Shown here one piece after another: positions 11,471-23,838 of a stretch of DNA of 64,000 bases. Positions within the stretch are counted from its first letter, which is position 1. Each line of letters opens with the position of its first letter. Source of the DNA: Scyliorhinus canicula (taxonomy: Eukaryota); NCBI RefSeq assembly GCF_902713615.1, contig NC_052147.1, forward strand, positions 22,184,276 to 22,248,275. The letters are read 5' to 3'. Both the position numbers and the translations under genes were made by a program. Below the pieces are notes generated by a model. That model saw nothing but the letters and a program-made list of their open reading frames with translations, had not been told where the DNA came from and made no database searches.

Positions 11471-12374
11471 TAAGCAAACATAGTTAAGGAGACCAAACAG
11501 CAACAGTATACTGGTGTCACCAAGCCTTTTATAACTGCAGCAAGACTTCCTGAATTCGTACACTCCAGCCCCCTTGTAATAAAGGCAGGCATATTGTTTA
11601 CTTTCCTGATGGAACTTGCTGTAACTGCATGTTAACTTTCTTTGATTCAGGTACAAGGAAGCCAAATACCTATGAGTATCAAAATTTACTAGTTTCTAAC
11701 CTTTAAAAAGAAATTCCCGGCCACAAATAGCCCGATCCTGTATGATGGCAAACTAACTAGGCTTCCCAGTTTTCCCTACCGCTCGGTTCTTGAACAGCTG
11801 GATAACATTTGCTGAGGGCTAAGTCTGCAACTGGCACCATTCAAGGATTTAGATCAATGAATACACATGGTCTGGGTTTTGCTCTAAGGCTGGGCCTGTC
11901 TTGGCCTACGTGGCTCTGCTACATTTTTGTAAAACTTTATGAATCTTCAGGGCTGCTGCTTGACTTTGAGACATGGAGCAATCCCAAACATTCCTTTCTT
12001 GTTAAGTGGAATGAGTTTGGAAAAGTTATCTGGAACCCCTTTTTCCAGTATGACTTTGGTTTATTTGTCTATAGCAATTCAAATGTCACCTGAGCAAAGA
12101 ACTTACATTGGACTGGAATTTCAATCCTAAGTAATTGCAGAACAAACTCAAGCTGATTCTTCCTTGCATCAACTGTTCATGACTTTGACATGATTAACCC
12201 TGAACTAAACTGTCAGCATTTCTTTCCTTCATCATCTTAAACCCTTCAGGGACCACTGGACAAGAGACCAACAATGATAATTGAGTTTTTCTGATAAAAT
12301 CTTGTCACTGTCAAATTCATCACAGTTTGGGTTTTGTAAGGCCTCTTTCCCTCTCTTTCATTTGCTGCCTTCTC

Positions 12375-12596
12375 TTTTTTTCATAAATTTAGAGTATCCA
12401 ATTCATTTTTTCCAATTAAGGGGCAATTTAGCGTGACCAATTCACCGGCCCTGCACATCTTTTGGGCTGTGGGGGCAAAACCCATGCAAACACGGGGAGA
12501 ATGTGCAAACTCCACATGGATAGTGAGCCAGATAGAACCTGGGACCTCAGCGCAGTGAGGCAACAGGGCAAACCCACTGCGCCACCGTGCTGCTCC
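12375..12596 (-). mobile_element. Short A-tailed V-SINE
   Basis: Consensus match; flanking gccttctctttt duplication. Confidence 0.9.
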
Positions 12597-14139
12597 CGGC
12601 CTTCTCTTTTGAATACAAGGCAAATATGTGAGACAAAATATGTGGTTGAAATAATCTGTGTTGATGCACAGAAATAAATTGATTTTTGTACATTATTATT
12701 GATCATTTAGCCAAGTTAACTAAGATTATTCGTCGAATGTGACTGGCAGAAGTGAAGCTTTGTGAGAGAACATTCTGGATTTGCCATGTAGGCGACACGG
12801 CATGCAAGGCTCCACGAAGATGCGGAGAATATAATACTAATTTGACATTCCTCTCCAGCCCCTTACAAATATGCATTCCTTCATGCTGACTTTGGATTCG
12901 CTCTTCCCCTACGCTGCACACCCCTCATTTTTAATGCTACATATTCTGAGCTCAACCCTGGCTGGCCATGAGGATTCTGCCTCTTCAAACCATTCCAATT
13001 TGACAACTCTTAGCCATAATACACTGACACGCGTAATGTGAATTAAAAGATTCCTTGGGCAGATTGAGCATTAATAAGTTTTTTTGGGGGGGGAAATCAT
13101 TTTTCTTTACAGCTTCATGAATCATAGAATGTCACAGAAGCGATGAACACGTAATATATGACAGGTACAATGCATTTGTTATATGCTCTATATACTTTGT
13201 TAAATAGATTTAATCTATGCGCTTTTTGAGTTTTGATTAAAACATTGCAGCCACCACATTTATTGTGGGTTGCACAATTTGGAGCCCATTTTAAGTCGTT
13301 TTGACAGCTGCTCGCATCAACTAAATGTTTTCAGGCAAGAGTGAATTGAAGATATTAAAAAAGAGAAAGTGAACTGAGGCATATGCCTCATCATTTACTA
13401 AATCCAGTCAAACTCACTCATATTTCTGATGAGTAAAATTTTGCCCAATTCATTTAATGAAGTCAACACAAAATGCATATGAATATCTGGCTGTGTAATA
13501 CATGATGCAATCTGTACTAGTTATGCTTACTGTCCAAATAAAAAATATAATCTCACCTGTGGGCAATAAGATGCTGTAAAATGAATGGTGGCTATGGAAC
13601 AAGGTTGAGTCACTTGTAAATAATGTGAGTTATATTTTCCCAGTGTCCAGCAGGAGACCTTGAAGTGGAACCTGAAATAAGATGTGGGCCTGTTAAATGA
13701 TTTTTTTAAAGATTAGGGAAATCATTAAAATTCGGGATTATTTTTGTGTAGGAACCAAGTAGGTTTTCTTTTGAAAGGTTTATCAGTAAGAGAGTCCATT
13801 CACTCAGGGCATGATTTGTGGCCGATGTGTATGGTGTGGGGTAGATCGCAAATGATGGTCAAGAACCATCAGCTATTGGAGTTTCTGAGGTCAGGTCCTG
13901 GCAATTTATCTCTTGTTGAGAGGTCAAACTGGCCCTGTTCCATACCTCTCAGTCGTCCAGCTACTGTTGGGCAATTCCAAAAACAACCAGTGCCTGATGG
14001 CTCCAATGCTGCAGGTAGCTTCTGGAGCAAATTCCTTTCCCACCTCACAGTCTAGCCCTTTCACGACATTGCTTTCCTCACAATCTTAATGTCAAAGTCC
14101 CAACAGTGTGCTTTGTCTTTTGGTTTGGATTTATTGATT

Positions 14140-14368
14140 TTTTTCTCATTTAAAATTTAGAGGACCCAATTACTTTTTCTATTTAAGGGGCAATTTAACG
14201 TGGCCAATCTATCGACCTTGTATATTTTTGTGTTGTAAGGATGAGACCCATGCAGACACTTGGAGAATGTGCAAACTCCACACGGACAGTGATCCTGGGC
14301 TGGGATTGAACCTGGGACCTCAGCACTGCGAGGCAGCAGGGCTAACCACTTTGCCACCGTGCCGCCCT
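14140..14368 (-). mobile_element. Short A-tailed V-SINE
   Basis: Consensus match; flanking ttggtttgga(t/a)tta duplication. Confidence 0.88.
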
Positions 14369-14707
14369 TGGTTTGGAATTACAATCCACTCTTTGTTAAC
14401 TTTGCAACCTCTCATGTCCCCAGTTCATAACTCACTCAGATCTGGACAGAACCTAAGGAATTTTGTTTCTCCTCTCAAATTTGCACCTTTCGCTCTTTTC
14501 TTTCCTAGTTATTTTCCCTTCCTTTTCTCATTTCTTGGAGGCGTAGGAATATCAAGAATCATTCTTCAACCCCTTTCCTTGATCGTTATTATTCATGGAG
14601 CGTCCACAAACAATGGAGATGTTGTTTCCTTGAAAACGTTTTCCCCACAAGGCAAAGAACTGGCTGGGACAGCCTCAGCATCCCTGCTCTTTACCTACTT
14701 AATACTC

Positions 14708-15323
14708 ATGATATGGAGATGCTGGCATTGGACTGGGGTGAGCATAGTAAGAAGTCATACAACACCAGGTTAAAGTCCAACCGGTTTGTTTCGAATCACT
14801 AGATATTGGATCGCAGCTCCTTCCTCAGGTGAATGAAGAGGTGGGTTCCAGAAACATATATATAGACAAAGTCAAAGATGCAAAAAAATACTTTGAATGC
14901 GAGTCTTTGCAGGTACTTAAGTATAGGTCCAGATGGAGCAACTGGAGAGAGGGATAATCACAGGTTAAAGAAGTGTGAATTGTCTCAAGTCAGGACAGTA
15001 GGTAGGATTTCAGAAGCCCAGGACAGATGGTGGGGGGTGAATGCAATGCGACATGAATCCAAGGTCCCAGTTGAGGCTGTACTCATGTGTGCGGAACTTG
15101 GCTATAAGTTTCTGCTCGGCGATTCTGCGATGTCGCGTGTCACGAAGGCCGCCTTGGAGAATGCTTACCCGAAGGTCAGAGGCTGAATGCCCTTGACTAC
15201 TGAAGTGTTCCCCGACTGGAAGGGAACATTCCTGCCTGGAGATTGTCGCGTGATGTCCGTTCATCCTAGTGATTCAAAACTAACCTGTTAAACTTTAACC
15301 TGGTGTTGTAAGACTTCTAACTG
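14708..15323 (-). mobile_element. 5'-truncated Penelope-like retroelement with GIY-YIG endonuclease C-terminus and inverted pseudo-LTR
   Basis: ORF 15010-15264 (MNGHHATI...LPVGEHFSSQGHSASDLRVSILQGGL...EQKLIAKFRTH..LN.DLGF); inverted repeat 14746-14802 / 15266-15322; 12-bp flanking duplication tacttaatactc. Confidence 0.88.
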
Positions 15324-15784
15324 TACTTAATACTCCACATGTACTTCCACCGCAAATCCTAGCACTGGAGGGAGCTGTAAGAGAATCGAGGATTATCATT
15401 TGAAAGAGGATGAAGCATTGCAATGAATTGTCCATGAAGCATAGATGACTCACTTACCGGGACCTCTACTTACAGGAGGCGCAAGTGAAATGGTCACAGT
15501 AGTCAGTCTACCTCCCAGCAGCCCTTCAAAGGATCATTGAGGAGGTTATCTATGACATCTTGCAACCTCTCGGAAGGTAGTCTTTCTTTTTCATTTTTAA
15601 TGCACAGCAATGAAAATGTTTACTGTTGGAGGTTCTCTGGTGACTTCTTTTAAAGACAACAGCCAAAATGTTCAATGCCAGCAACGTGCGGTCCCCTGGT
15701 TCAGCTGTGACATAGCTTCCTATGACAGGAGGGCTGCAAGACCATGTCAGTGACACGAACCCACAAATACAAGCAATGAGAACA

Positions 15785-16004
15785 TTTATTTTTTCAAAAT
15801 AAATTTTGAGTACCCAATTCATTTTTTCCAATTAAAGGACAATTTAGCGTGGCCAATCCACCTGCCCTGCACACCTTTGGGTTGTGGGGACGAACCCCAC
15901 GCAAACACGGGGAGAATGTGCAAACTCCACAGGGATAGTGACCCAGAGCCGGGATCGAACCTGGGTCCTCGGCGCAGTGCTAACCATTGCGCCACTGTGA
16001 TGCC
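15785..16004 (-). mobile_element. Short A-tailed V-SINE
   Basis: Consensus match. Confidence 0.9.
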
Positions 16005-16659
16005 TAACATTTTATAATTAATATATTCACACAGCATTTCTTGCAATACAAAAATTTGACTGCCCCCGCCAGAAAAGGAATGTCGACACTATTTGTACTA
16101 AATTTGTACTAATCTGCGAGTGATATTTTAGAAACATTTTGCTTAAAAGTATTAAATCATACTTGATAACATTTCACGCTGTTAATTTTTTAGATCCTGC
16201 CTACAGGAATCATGTGTTGAGGAATGTGTCCACTCTGGAAGTTACTTGGAACAGTCAGTGCAGTGCTTGAAGAGTTAAACCGTGCATCAGATCAGAGTGT
16301 TCAGATCCATGTTCCAAATATTTCAAAGCCTGGCTTTCAGTGTGAGATCATTCTGACTTCAAATGAGGGTAGACAAAGGCAATATGTCACATTAGGTCAC
16401 GTCAGGTCTAATGTGCAATTTTATTATGTGATTTAATAAATTGCCGATAACCATTTCATTTTAATGTATGTTGCTTTGAACAGCAGTTGTAATAATCCCA
16501 TCAGCATAACTGGCCTGTCATCCTAGAGATAGCTTCTAAAGCAGAGCCACGATCATTTTCTCATCATAGTTGCTCGTTCCAGTTGTTAGTAATGATTATT
16601 TTGTCTGTGATCTTATCTCACAATGGTTCTTTAATTTGTTAGCCTTGTACAACAGTTTT

Positions 16660-16900
16660 CCTCTTGTATTTACTGTAGGTAGCTTAATTAAATGTTATTG
16701 CTAAGCCTATGAGTTGATAAAAGGCTTCCAGAAGCAGACAAATGAGAAGATGAATGAACTAATGTATGGACTTGACTTGGATTTTCAGAAGGCATTTGAG
16801 AAGGTTTCAAATGCAAAGCTTTTATTGAGCAATAGGAGCGGTGGAATTAATAGCAAATTAGACAGCTGGATTCAACACAGAAAGTAAATGGAAATAAATC
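16660..16900 (+). mobile_element. Old CR1 RT remnant
   Basis: ttggattttcagaaggcatttgagaaggtt reads LDFQKAF.KV. Confidence 0.6.
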
Positions 16901-17026
16901 TTATGGGGGAGTATGACAGTGTTCTTCAGACAGTCTGCTCCAGATCTCATATTATTTAAAAATATTCATACATATGATACATTCCAAGATTTGCTGCTAC
17001 AAGTACTGCCAACCCACGCAATAAAG

Positions 17027-18382
17027 CCATGTTTTTCAAAATGTTTCTCCCGGGACCCACTTTTGCCAACCCACCGGCCGACCATCATGACTCACGCTGG
17101 CCAACCTTCGCGACGCACGCCACGTTCGCTTACCTTTAATGTGAAAGGCGAGCCTGCATTGTTCTCACAATCTCACTTGAATCCGGTTCAAAGGAGGAGA
17201 GGGCAATGCGCACATCAGGTGCAGACTTAATCCAGTTCCTTTGTGCCGGATGCATCTTTGTGAAAACAGAAAATCCAACCGCGTACATGTGGGTCTCTGT
17301 GAAGGGCAAAAGCAACAAAATGCTTGTTTTACTCAGCACTGGATTCTCCTGGGAGATGGTACTCAAGAACACTGACAGCCTCATGGGTTTTTGGTGTGTT
17401 CCTAATGTGGTACCACAGGTCAGGTACAGCAGCATTGACTTTTAATTTGGTGTCAGCTGTAAGTTAATAACTGGCTCCAGGGTCTCAATCTCAAAAGGAA
17501 TTTTTCACCCACCACTTCTCTTTAAAAATCAGAAACTTCTCTTCTCATTTGCCAGTACTTCCCTGCATATAACACACATGGGCTTTGCATTCTTATTTGC
17601 ATTGGCACAATTGACAAAACCATACCTTAAGAAATCATCTTCAGACTGCTTTGTTCCTGTGTTAAGTGTCTTTTTTGTAGGCTGCTAACCAGAGGCCCTT
17701 GAGCTTTGTACAGAACAAACAGGGGCTGGTTTAGCACAGTGGGCTAAATGGCTTTCTTGTAATGCAGAACAAGGCCAGCGCAGGTTCAGTTCCGTACCAG
17801 CCTTTCCGTACAGGTGCCGGAATGTGGCAACTAGGGGCTTTTCACAGTAACTTCATTGAAGCCTACTTGTGACAATAAGTGATTATATAATTATTATTAA
17901 CACAAGCACTGCTCTGCCATGCCCTGGACTCTACTGAGCAGCTCTCTCCAGCAGATTCTGATATGAAATCCTGTCCAGTAGGTACACTGTTTGTGCCCCT
18001 GGCCACCTCTTACTTAAAAGAAAATGAAAATGATCCATCTTCACAGTCCTCTTGCCTTGCTTGCCAGCAACTAGAAAATGGAAGCAGGGCTCCTTGACGA
18101 TTTGGTGCCAAAAGCACCTAAACAGAGGGCGCTAGATCTCAAGTGTACATGCAAGCTGCCTGACTTGCTCACTGCTGCCTCTTCTGGCTGGAAGACTGCA
18201 CACAGACTCATTTCTATTAATTTACATGCCGGCAGCGGTCACCATTCTCAATATAAAAGCCGGTAACTGCCGTTGGGTGTTTCTACCGCGATCGGGACCA
18301 CCATGGGAACGATGCGACCAATCGCTCCATGACCTTCTCGATAGCCGCCCGCAAGTCACAACCTGCACTTTCAAAAACCCTG
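17027..18382 (-). mobile_element. hAT (Charlie/Buster-type) deletion derivative retaining the transposase C-terminus
   Basis: TIRs ccatgtttttcaaa / tcaaaaaccctg; perfect 8-bp TSD caataaag; ORF 17136-17435 LLLPFTETHMYAVGFSVFTKM...APDVRIALSSFEPD...QARLSH* matches the hAT C-terminal dimerisation region. Confidence 0.9.
17721..17900 (+). mobile_element. tRNA-derived SINE (9259 family) nested in the hAT element
   Basis: Consensus match. Confidence 0.85.
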
Positions 18383-18399
18383 CAATAAAGTGACAGATC

Positions 18400-18580
18400 A
18401 GGAGCTGGTTTAGCTCACAAGGCTAAATCGCTGGCTTCTAAAGCAGACCAAGCAGGCCAGCAGCACGGTTCGATTCCCGTACCAGCCTCCCCGGACAGGC
18501 GCCGGAATGTGGTGACTAGGGGCTTTTCACAGTAACTTCATTGAAGCCTACTTGTGACAATAAGCGATTTTCATTTCAAA
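18400..18580 (+). mobile_element. tRNA-derived SINE (9259 family)
   Basis: Consensus match, ending ttcatttc. Confidence 0.87.
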
Positions 18581-19289
18581 TAAACAACATTTCAATACAT
18601 GTGGACCAATTATGCAGCTCAGTTCAAGGAATGGCAGCTAGATTCTGAAAATAGATTAATTGAAGTATTGGATATTGGAATGGAAGACAGCAAATGTGGA
18701 CACACTACAAATGTGTCTACAAATACTGCGGATGTGGGAAATCTAAAACAACAGACAATGCTGGAAGTACTCGGCAAACCTGACAGCCTCTGTGGAGAGA
18801 GAAACATAATACTGTATGCTGAACTTTCCCCACAGGCTTCAGATCCCCAAAGACAGGGTCCAATGGGTCCCTGAGCCCACACCAGCCAACACTGGCACCA
18901 GGATATTTATGAAAGTGGCCTCTTAATTAGCCATGCCTGAGCCTGCTCTCCAATGAAGGACAATGGGTGAGCTCCTGATGCTGCTGCCCAAACAGCAGCC
19001 TCCCCAGGAGAGGTGGGTGCTGCTGAGGCAGGTCTGGGATGGAAAGGCCGTCTCAACATGGAGGCACCCTTTAAGAGGCAAGATTAAAGTCAAAATTCAG
19101 AGGGCCCAAGCAGGTAGATTCCCGAATCAGAGGGGTAGACGTTCCAGATAGCGCGTTGATGCCTCAGGAGCCACCTTTGTGCACCCCGCAGGCCATCAAA
19201 ATTGCCCTTAATTCATATTTTAATATGCTAATTGGCAGACTACATTCATCCACATGCTTTCTGGTGTCCTTCAAGGAAATGTGTCTGGG

Positions 19290-19555
19290 TAGCTTTGGTT
19301 AGCACTGTTGCTTCAGATAGGCAGGGTCCCAGGTTTGATTCCCGGCTTGGGTCACTGCCTGTGCGGAGTCTGCATGTTCTCCCTGTGTCTCTGTGGGTTT
19401 GCCCCGGGTGCTCCGGTTTCCTTCCACAAGTCCAAAAAGACGTGCTGTTAGGTGAATTGGACATTCTGAATTCTCCCTCTGCATACCCAAACTGGTGCTG
19501 CAGTGTTAATGTAAGCCTACTTGTGACAATACAGATTATTATTATATTATTATAT
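19290..19555 (+). mobile_element. Hybrid V-head SINE with ...cttgtgacaat(atta)n tail
   Basis: Same organisation as 10306-10578. Confidence 0.8.
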
Positions 19556-19565
19556 TAACGACATC

Positions 19566-19790
19566 GGGTGGCATGTGGCGCAGTGACAAGCACTGGCTCT
19601 GCGGCGCTGAGGAGTTGGGTTCGAATCCCGGCTCTGGGTCACTGTCTGTGTGGAGTTTGCACATTCTCCCTGTGATTGTGTGGGTTTCACCCCCACAACC
19701 CAAAGATGTGCAGAGTAGGTGGATTGGACATGCTAAATTGCCCCTTAATTGGAAAAAAAATAATTAGGTACTCTAAAAGTTTTTTAAAAA
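19566..19790 (+). mobile_element. Short A-tailed V-SINE
   Basis: Consensus match; 14-bp TSD atattaacgacatc. Confidence 0.9.
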
Positions 19791-19863
19791 ATATTAACGA
19801 CATCAATGACCAGATTCAGCACAGTGCAGTTTTGAAATATGCAGATGGCATTAACATTAATTT

Positions 19864-20092
19864 GGGGGCAGCACGGTGGCGCAGTGGGTTAGCCCTGTTG
19901 CCTCATGGCGCCGAGGTCCCAAGTTCGATCCCGGCTCTGGGTCACTGTCCGTGTGGAGTTTGCACATTCTCCCCGTGTTTGCATGGGTTTCACCCCCACA
20001 ACCCAAAGATGTGCAGGCTAGGTGGATTGGCCACGCTAAATTGTCCCTTAATTGGAAAAAATGAATTGGGCACTCTAAATTTAAAAAAAAAA
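19864..20092 (+). mobile_element. Short A-tailed V-SINE
   Basis: Near-consensus copy; TSD aacattaatttgg. Confidence 0.92.
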
Positions 20093-20161
20093 ACATTAAT
20101 TTGGAAGTCAAGAAAAATAATCCAGGGCTCTTGAACGTAGTTCTCCAGAGCGAACTCTCTG

Positions 20162-20877
20162 GGCGGGATTCTCTCAGCCCACACCGGGACAGAGAATTGC
20201 CGGGCCAGGTGCGAATCGCACGACGACGCCCCGATGCCAGCCCGCCGATTCTCCGGTGAACGGAGAATTGCCGCTACTGGCGCTGGTGCGGTCGGCACGG
20301 CGCCGGTCGGGCGGGTTTTCTGCACAGCCCCCAAGGTGATTCTCCAACCAGGATGGGCCGAGTGGCCGCAAAAAAACTGAGTCCCGCCGGCGCCATCCAC
20401 ATTTGGTCTTACCCAGCGGGACCTCGGCGTGCATCCTTTCAGGGGGCGGCCTGGTGGGGGTGGAGGGCGGTCCTACCCTGGCGGGGGGGGGCCTCCGCTG
20501 TGGCCTGGCCCGCGATCGGGGCCTACCGATCGGCGGGCTGGCCTCTCGGGCTGGGGGCCTCTTTTGCCCCGTGCCAGCCCCTGTAGCCCTATGCCATGTT
20601 GTGTCGGGGCCGGCGTGGAGAAGGAGGCTACCGCGCGTGCGCGCATTCGCACCGGTCGCAGTGTGCATGCGCGCATTCGCATCAGTCGCAGTGCACATGC
20701 GCAGACCCGCGGCGCACATTTGACGCAGGTATCGGCAGCTGGAGCGGCGTGGGTCGCTCCAGTGCCGTGCTGGCCTCCTGTAGGGCTCGGAATAGCTGCT
20801 CCTGGGGGCCTGTTGACACCGTCGTAAAACACGACGGCGTTTACGATAGCGTCAACACTTAGCCTCGGGATCCCGCC
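20162..20877. mobile_element. GC-rich non-autonomous Harbinger element (MITE)
   Basis: TIR ggcgggat / atcccgcc with 3-bp CTG duplication; CpG-rich; homologous to 24919-25661. Confidence 0.8.
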
Positions 20878-20899
20878 CTGTATTATGTTGCAGCGGTCC

Positions 20900-21560
20900 A
20901 AGGACTGGGAACTTACCTTTGAAATGGTGTTCAGTTCTCCACAATAATTCTAATTCACAGTAACATATCGAGGGTCGGCCTTTGGCACATTCAACCATTG
21001 AAAAGGATTTGGGTGTGACTGTTACAAGTAATTTGAAGCTTACAAATCATGTGGCTCAGGCAGTATGGGGGTTAGAAAATGATTTACGAGTGCTAAATGC
21101 ATTCTTTTTGAGTCGGGTGTTCATGTTTATCTTAAGCTGGTACACCGACATCTGGAGTATGTGTCCACAATGTAGAATCCACACTTTCATAGAGAGCATG
21201 CAAAGACATATTAACAAGTGAATGGAAGGCATGAGGAGAATACCTTTTGAACACCGCCTAAGAAATCTTGGATTACAATCTTTAGAGATTGTAGATTTAG
21301 GGATAGAGAAGATTTTTGATTTCGTTGAAGTTTATAATTTGATACATGGCCTTCCTACCTCTGGGCCTCAAAAGTTCTTTACTCACAATTATGGTATTTT
21401 GCGTGGTCACCAGTGTAAACCACAGAACTTTGGTTAATATCTTGACAATCGTAAAAAAAGAATTTCACAATCGAATTATTGATACTTGGAATGCTTTGCC
21501 TGATTTTGTCGTGAATGCTGGAGATGTCATGACTGTATTGGGCTTAGAAACATATGCATG
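20900..21560 (+). mobile_element. Old CR1-clade LINE ORF2 C-terminal remnant
   Basis: EKDLGVTVTSNLK...; RLRNLGLQSLE...; FHNRIIDTWNALPDFVVNA. Confidence 0.75.
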
Positions 21561-21564
21561 TGTT

Positions 21565-21717
21565 GGGCTTGATTCTCCAGTCTCCCAGCCTCGTGTCACT
21601 GGTGACGGGATGGTCTGCTCCCGCCGCTGTCAGTGGAAATTCCCATTGAAGCCATCGCACACCACCGGGAAACCGTGGGGGGTGGGGGGGGGGGGGGGGG
21701 GGGGGGATTTCTGGCCA
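21565..21717. mobile_element. Small Harbinger-type MITE
   Basis: gggcttgattctcc terminus and ttcccattgaagcca core shared with copies at 41279, 42539 and 60361. Confidence 0.65.
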
Positions 21718-21854
21718 TTGTCTGATGTTGCTCTTGATGTTCTTGTACTTAATATTGTGCCTATGTGCTTTGTGCTGTATGACAATAAAGATAAATAAAT
21801 AAAAGCAGCTGTCAGCCGATCCACTTGCCTGCCTTGGAAACTCCTGCAGCCAGG

Positions 21855-21970
21855 CAGGTTACGGGTATAGGGTGGATACGTGGGTTTGAGTAGGGTGATC
21901 ATTGCTCGGCACAACATCGAGGGCTGAAGGGCCTGTTCTGTGCTGTACTGTTCTATGTTCTATGTTCTAT
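21855..21970 (+). mobile_element. HE1/HER1 (CR1-type) 3' tail fragment
   Basis: ...gagggctgaagggcctgttctgtgctgtactg(ttctatg)n. Confidence 0.8.
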
Positions 21971-22199
21971 GGGATTGCACAGAAAGCTGTCCCGAGCCGA
22001 TTTTTTTTCTGACCCCCCCCCCCCCTTCCCCCCCCCCCCCCCCCCCCCCCACCTCCAATCCCATCAGTCCGACGCCAGGAAAAGTGTGCCCAATGTTTCA
22101 GTTCCGATCTTTCATCAGAACTTGTCAGGTCAGAGCTCTCAGGATGTGTTCGCAGTGTCCGCTTGAATGAGAAGATTGTGAGTGGAAGTACCGCGCCAG

Positions 22200-22800
22200 A
22201 GATTTGAGCAAATAACCCAGGTTGGCAAGTCATTGCAATGCTGAGGATGTGCTCAAGCCCTGCTTCAGGATGAGACATTAAGCTGAAGTCCTTTTCTTTT
22301 TTAACCTGCTCGGTTAAGAGATGCCATGGCATGACGAGCAGAGAAATTCTCCTTCTGTTCTGGGCATTATCTATTCCACAACCAACATCAAAAAAAGATT
22401 ACCTGGGGCAACGCGGTGGCGCAGTGGGTTAACACGGCTGCCTCACGGCACCGAGGTCCCAGGTTCAATCCCGGCTCTGGGTCACTGTGAATGTGGAGTT
22501 TGCACATTCTCCCCGTGTTTGCGTGGGTTTCGCCCCCACAACCCAAAGTAGATGGATTGGCCACGCTAAATTGCCCATTAATTGGAAAAAATGAATTGAG
22601 TACTCTGAATTTAAAAAACAAAAATAATAAAAAGAAAAAAAAAGAGATTACCTGGTCATTTACCTGATTGTGGGAGTTTGTTGTACTCAAATTGGCGGCC
22701 ATGTTTTCGACCCACCCTTCAAAAGCACCTCATTCACTGGAAGCAAATTTGAAGTATCCGGACATCATAAAAGGAGCTGCAAAGAAGCAAGCCTTTCGTT
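22200..22800 (+). mobile_element. DeuSINE (SacSINE1-like) remnant interrupted by a V-SINE
   Basis: Deu-domain-like accaacatca...gattacctggtcattt...tgtgggagtttg...caaattggc. Confidence 0.65.
22405..22643 (+). mobile_element. Short A-tailed V-SINE
   Basis: Consensus match; TSD agattacctgg. Confidence 0.9.
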
Positions 22801-22829
22801 TTTTGTTTGGTTCGGTGTAAAACCCCCTG

Positions 22830-23100
22830 AGTTCTCTGCAATCTTGAGCTTCCCCAGTTTTAATTGCTCCACCATGAGCTATTTGCCTCTGACAGCCAAG
22901 GTCGGAAACTCTGAAATGCCCTCACATGCCTCTCTCTTCCGGCCTTTAATATAGTACACTCCTTAAAATCTATCTCTTTGACCAGGCTTTGGGTCACCTG
23001 CTCTGATACCTCCTTACACGACCCAGTGTGAAATAATTCTCCTGTGAAGCGCCGTGTTTCGCCATATTAAAGAACTACACAAGTGCAAGCTGTTACTGGC
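22830..23100 (+). mobile_element. L2-like LINE 3' end remnant
   Basis: ctccttaaaatctatctctttgaccaggctttgggtcacctg...cctgtgaagcgcc...gtgcaagctgtt; related minus-strand pieces near 8740, 43240 and 55120. Confidence 0.55.
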
Positions 23101-23509
23101 CTTCACTGTTGTACTGGCGATGTCATCCTATCAGATGCTGCTTCAAAACAGAAATTTGATGTAAGGCATGATATTTTGATCAGTTAATCGATGACATGTT
23201 TTGAAGATTGAGTTGTATGCTGTGGTGATACCATTATTATATACCTGCGGTTCGCTGTCAATCAACTGACCGTTTTGAACTGTTCTAATTGACTGGAACT
23301 GGAAAAAAAGAACTGACATTTCCATAATGCCTTTCTCAACCTTAGTTTTTCTTAAAAGCACTTTCCGTGGCCAATTAATCACTTTCATTGGATGATTATT
23401 ATCGTTACGTAGGCCAATGCGGCAGGCATTTTATTATGCACACGGAGGTCCCCCCAAAAAACCTCCCAATGTGATGGATGACCAGTTCATGTCTTCGTCG
23501 TGCTTGTTA

Positions 23510-23838
23510 CGGAGAATTTACAGTGCAGAAGGAGGCCATTCGGCCCATCGAGTCTGCACCAGCCCTTGGAAAGAGCACCCCACCGAACCCCCACGCCTCT
23601 ACCCTATCCCCGTGACCCCGCCTAACCTTTTGAACACTAAGGGCAATTTAACATGGCCAATCCACCTAACCTGCACATCTTTGGACTGTGGGAGGAAACA
23701 GGAGCACCCGGAGGAAACCCGCGCAGGCACGGGGAGAAAGTGCAGACTCAACACAGAAAGTCAACTGAGGCCAGAATCGAACCCGGGACCCTGGAGTTGT
23801 GAGGTAGCAGTGTTAACCACTGTGGCACCGTGCTGCCC
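23510..23838 (-). mobile_element. Full-length HE1-type V-SINE with CR1-derived tail
   Basis: tRNA head, V domain and ...gatgggccgaatggcctccttctgcactg tail. Confidence 0.9.

Noticed and set aside
20174-20901. Overlapping GC-rich ORFs / CpG-island promoter
   Set aside because: Lies within a TIR- and TSD-bounded MITE that has a homologue at 24919-25661.
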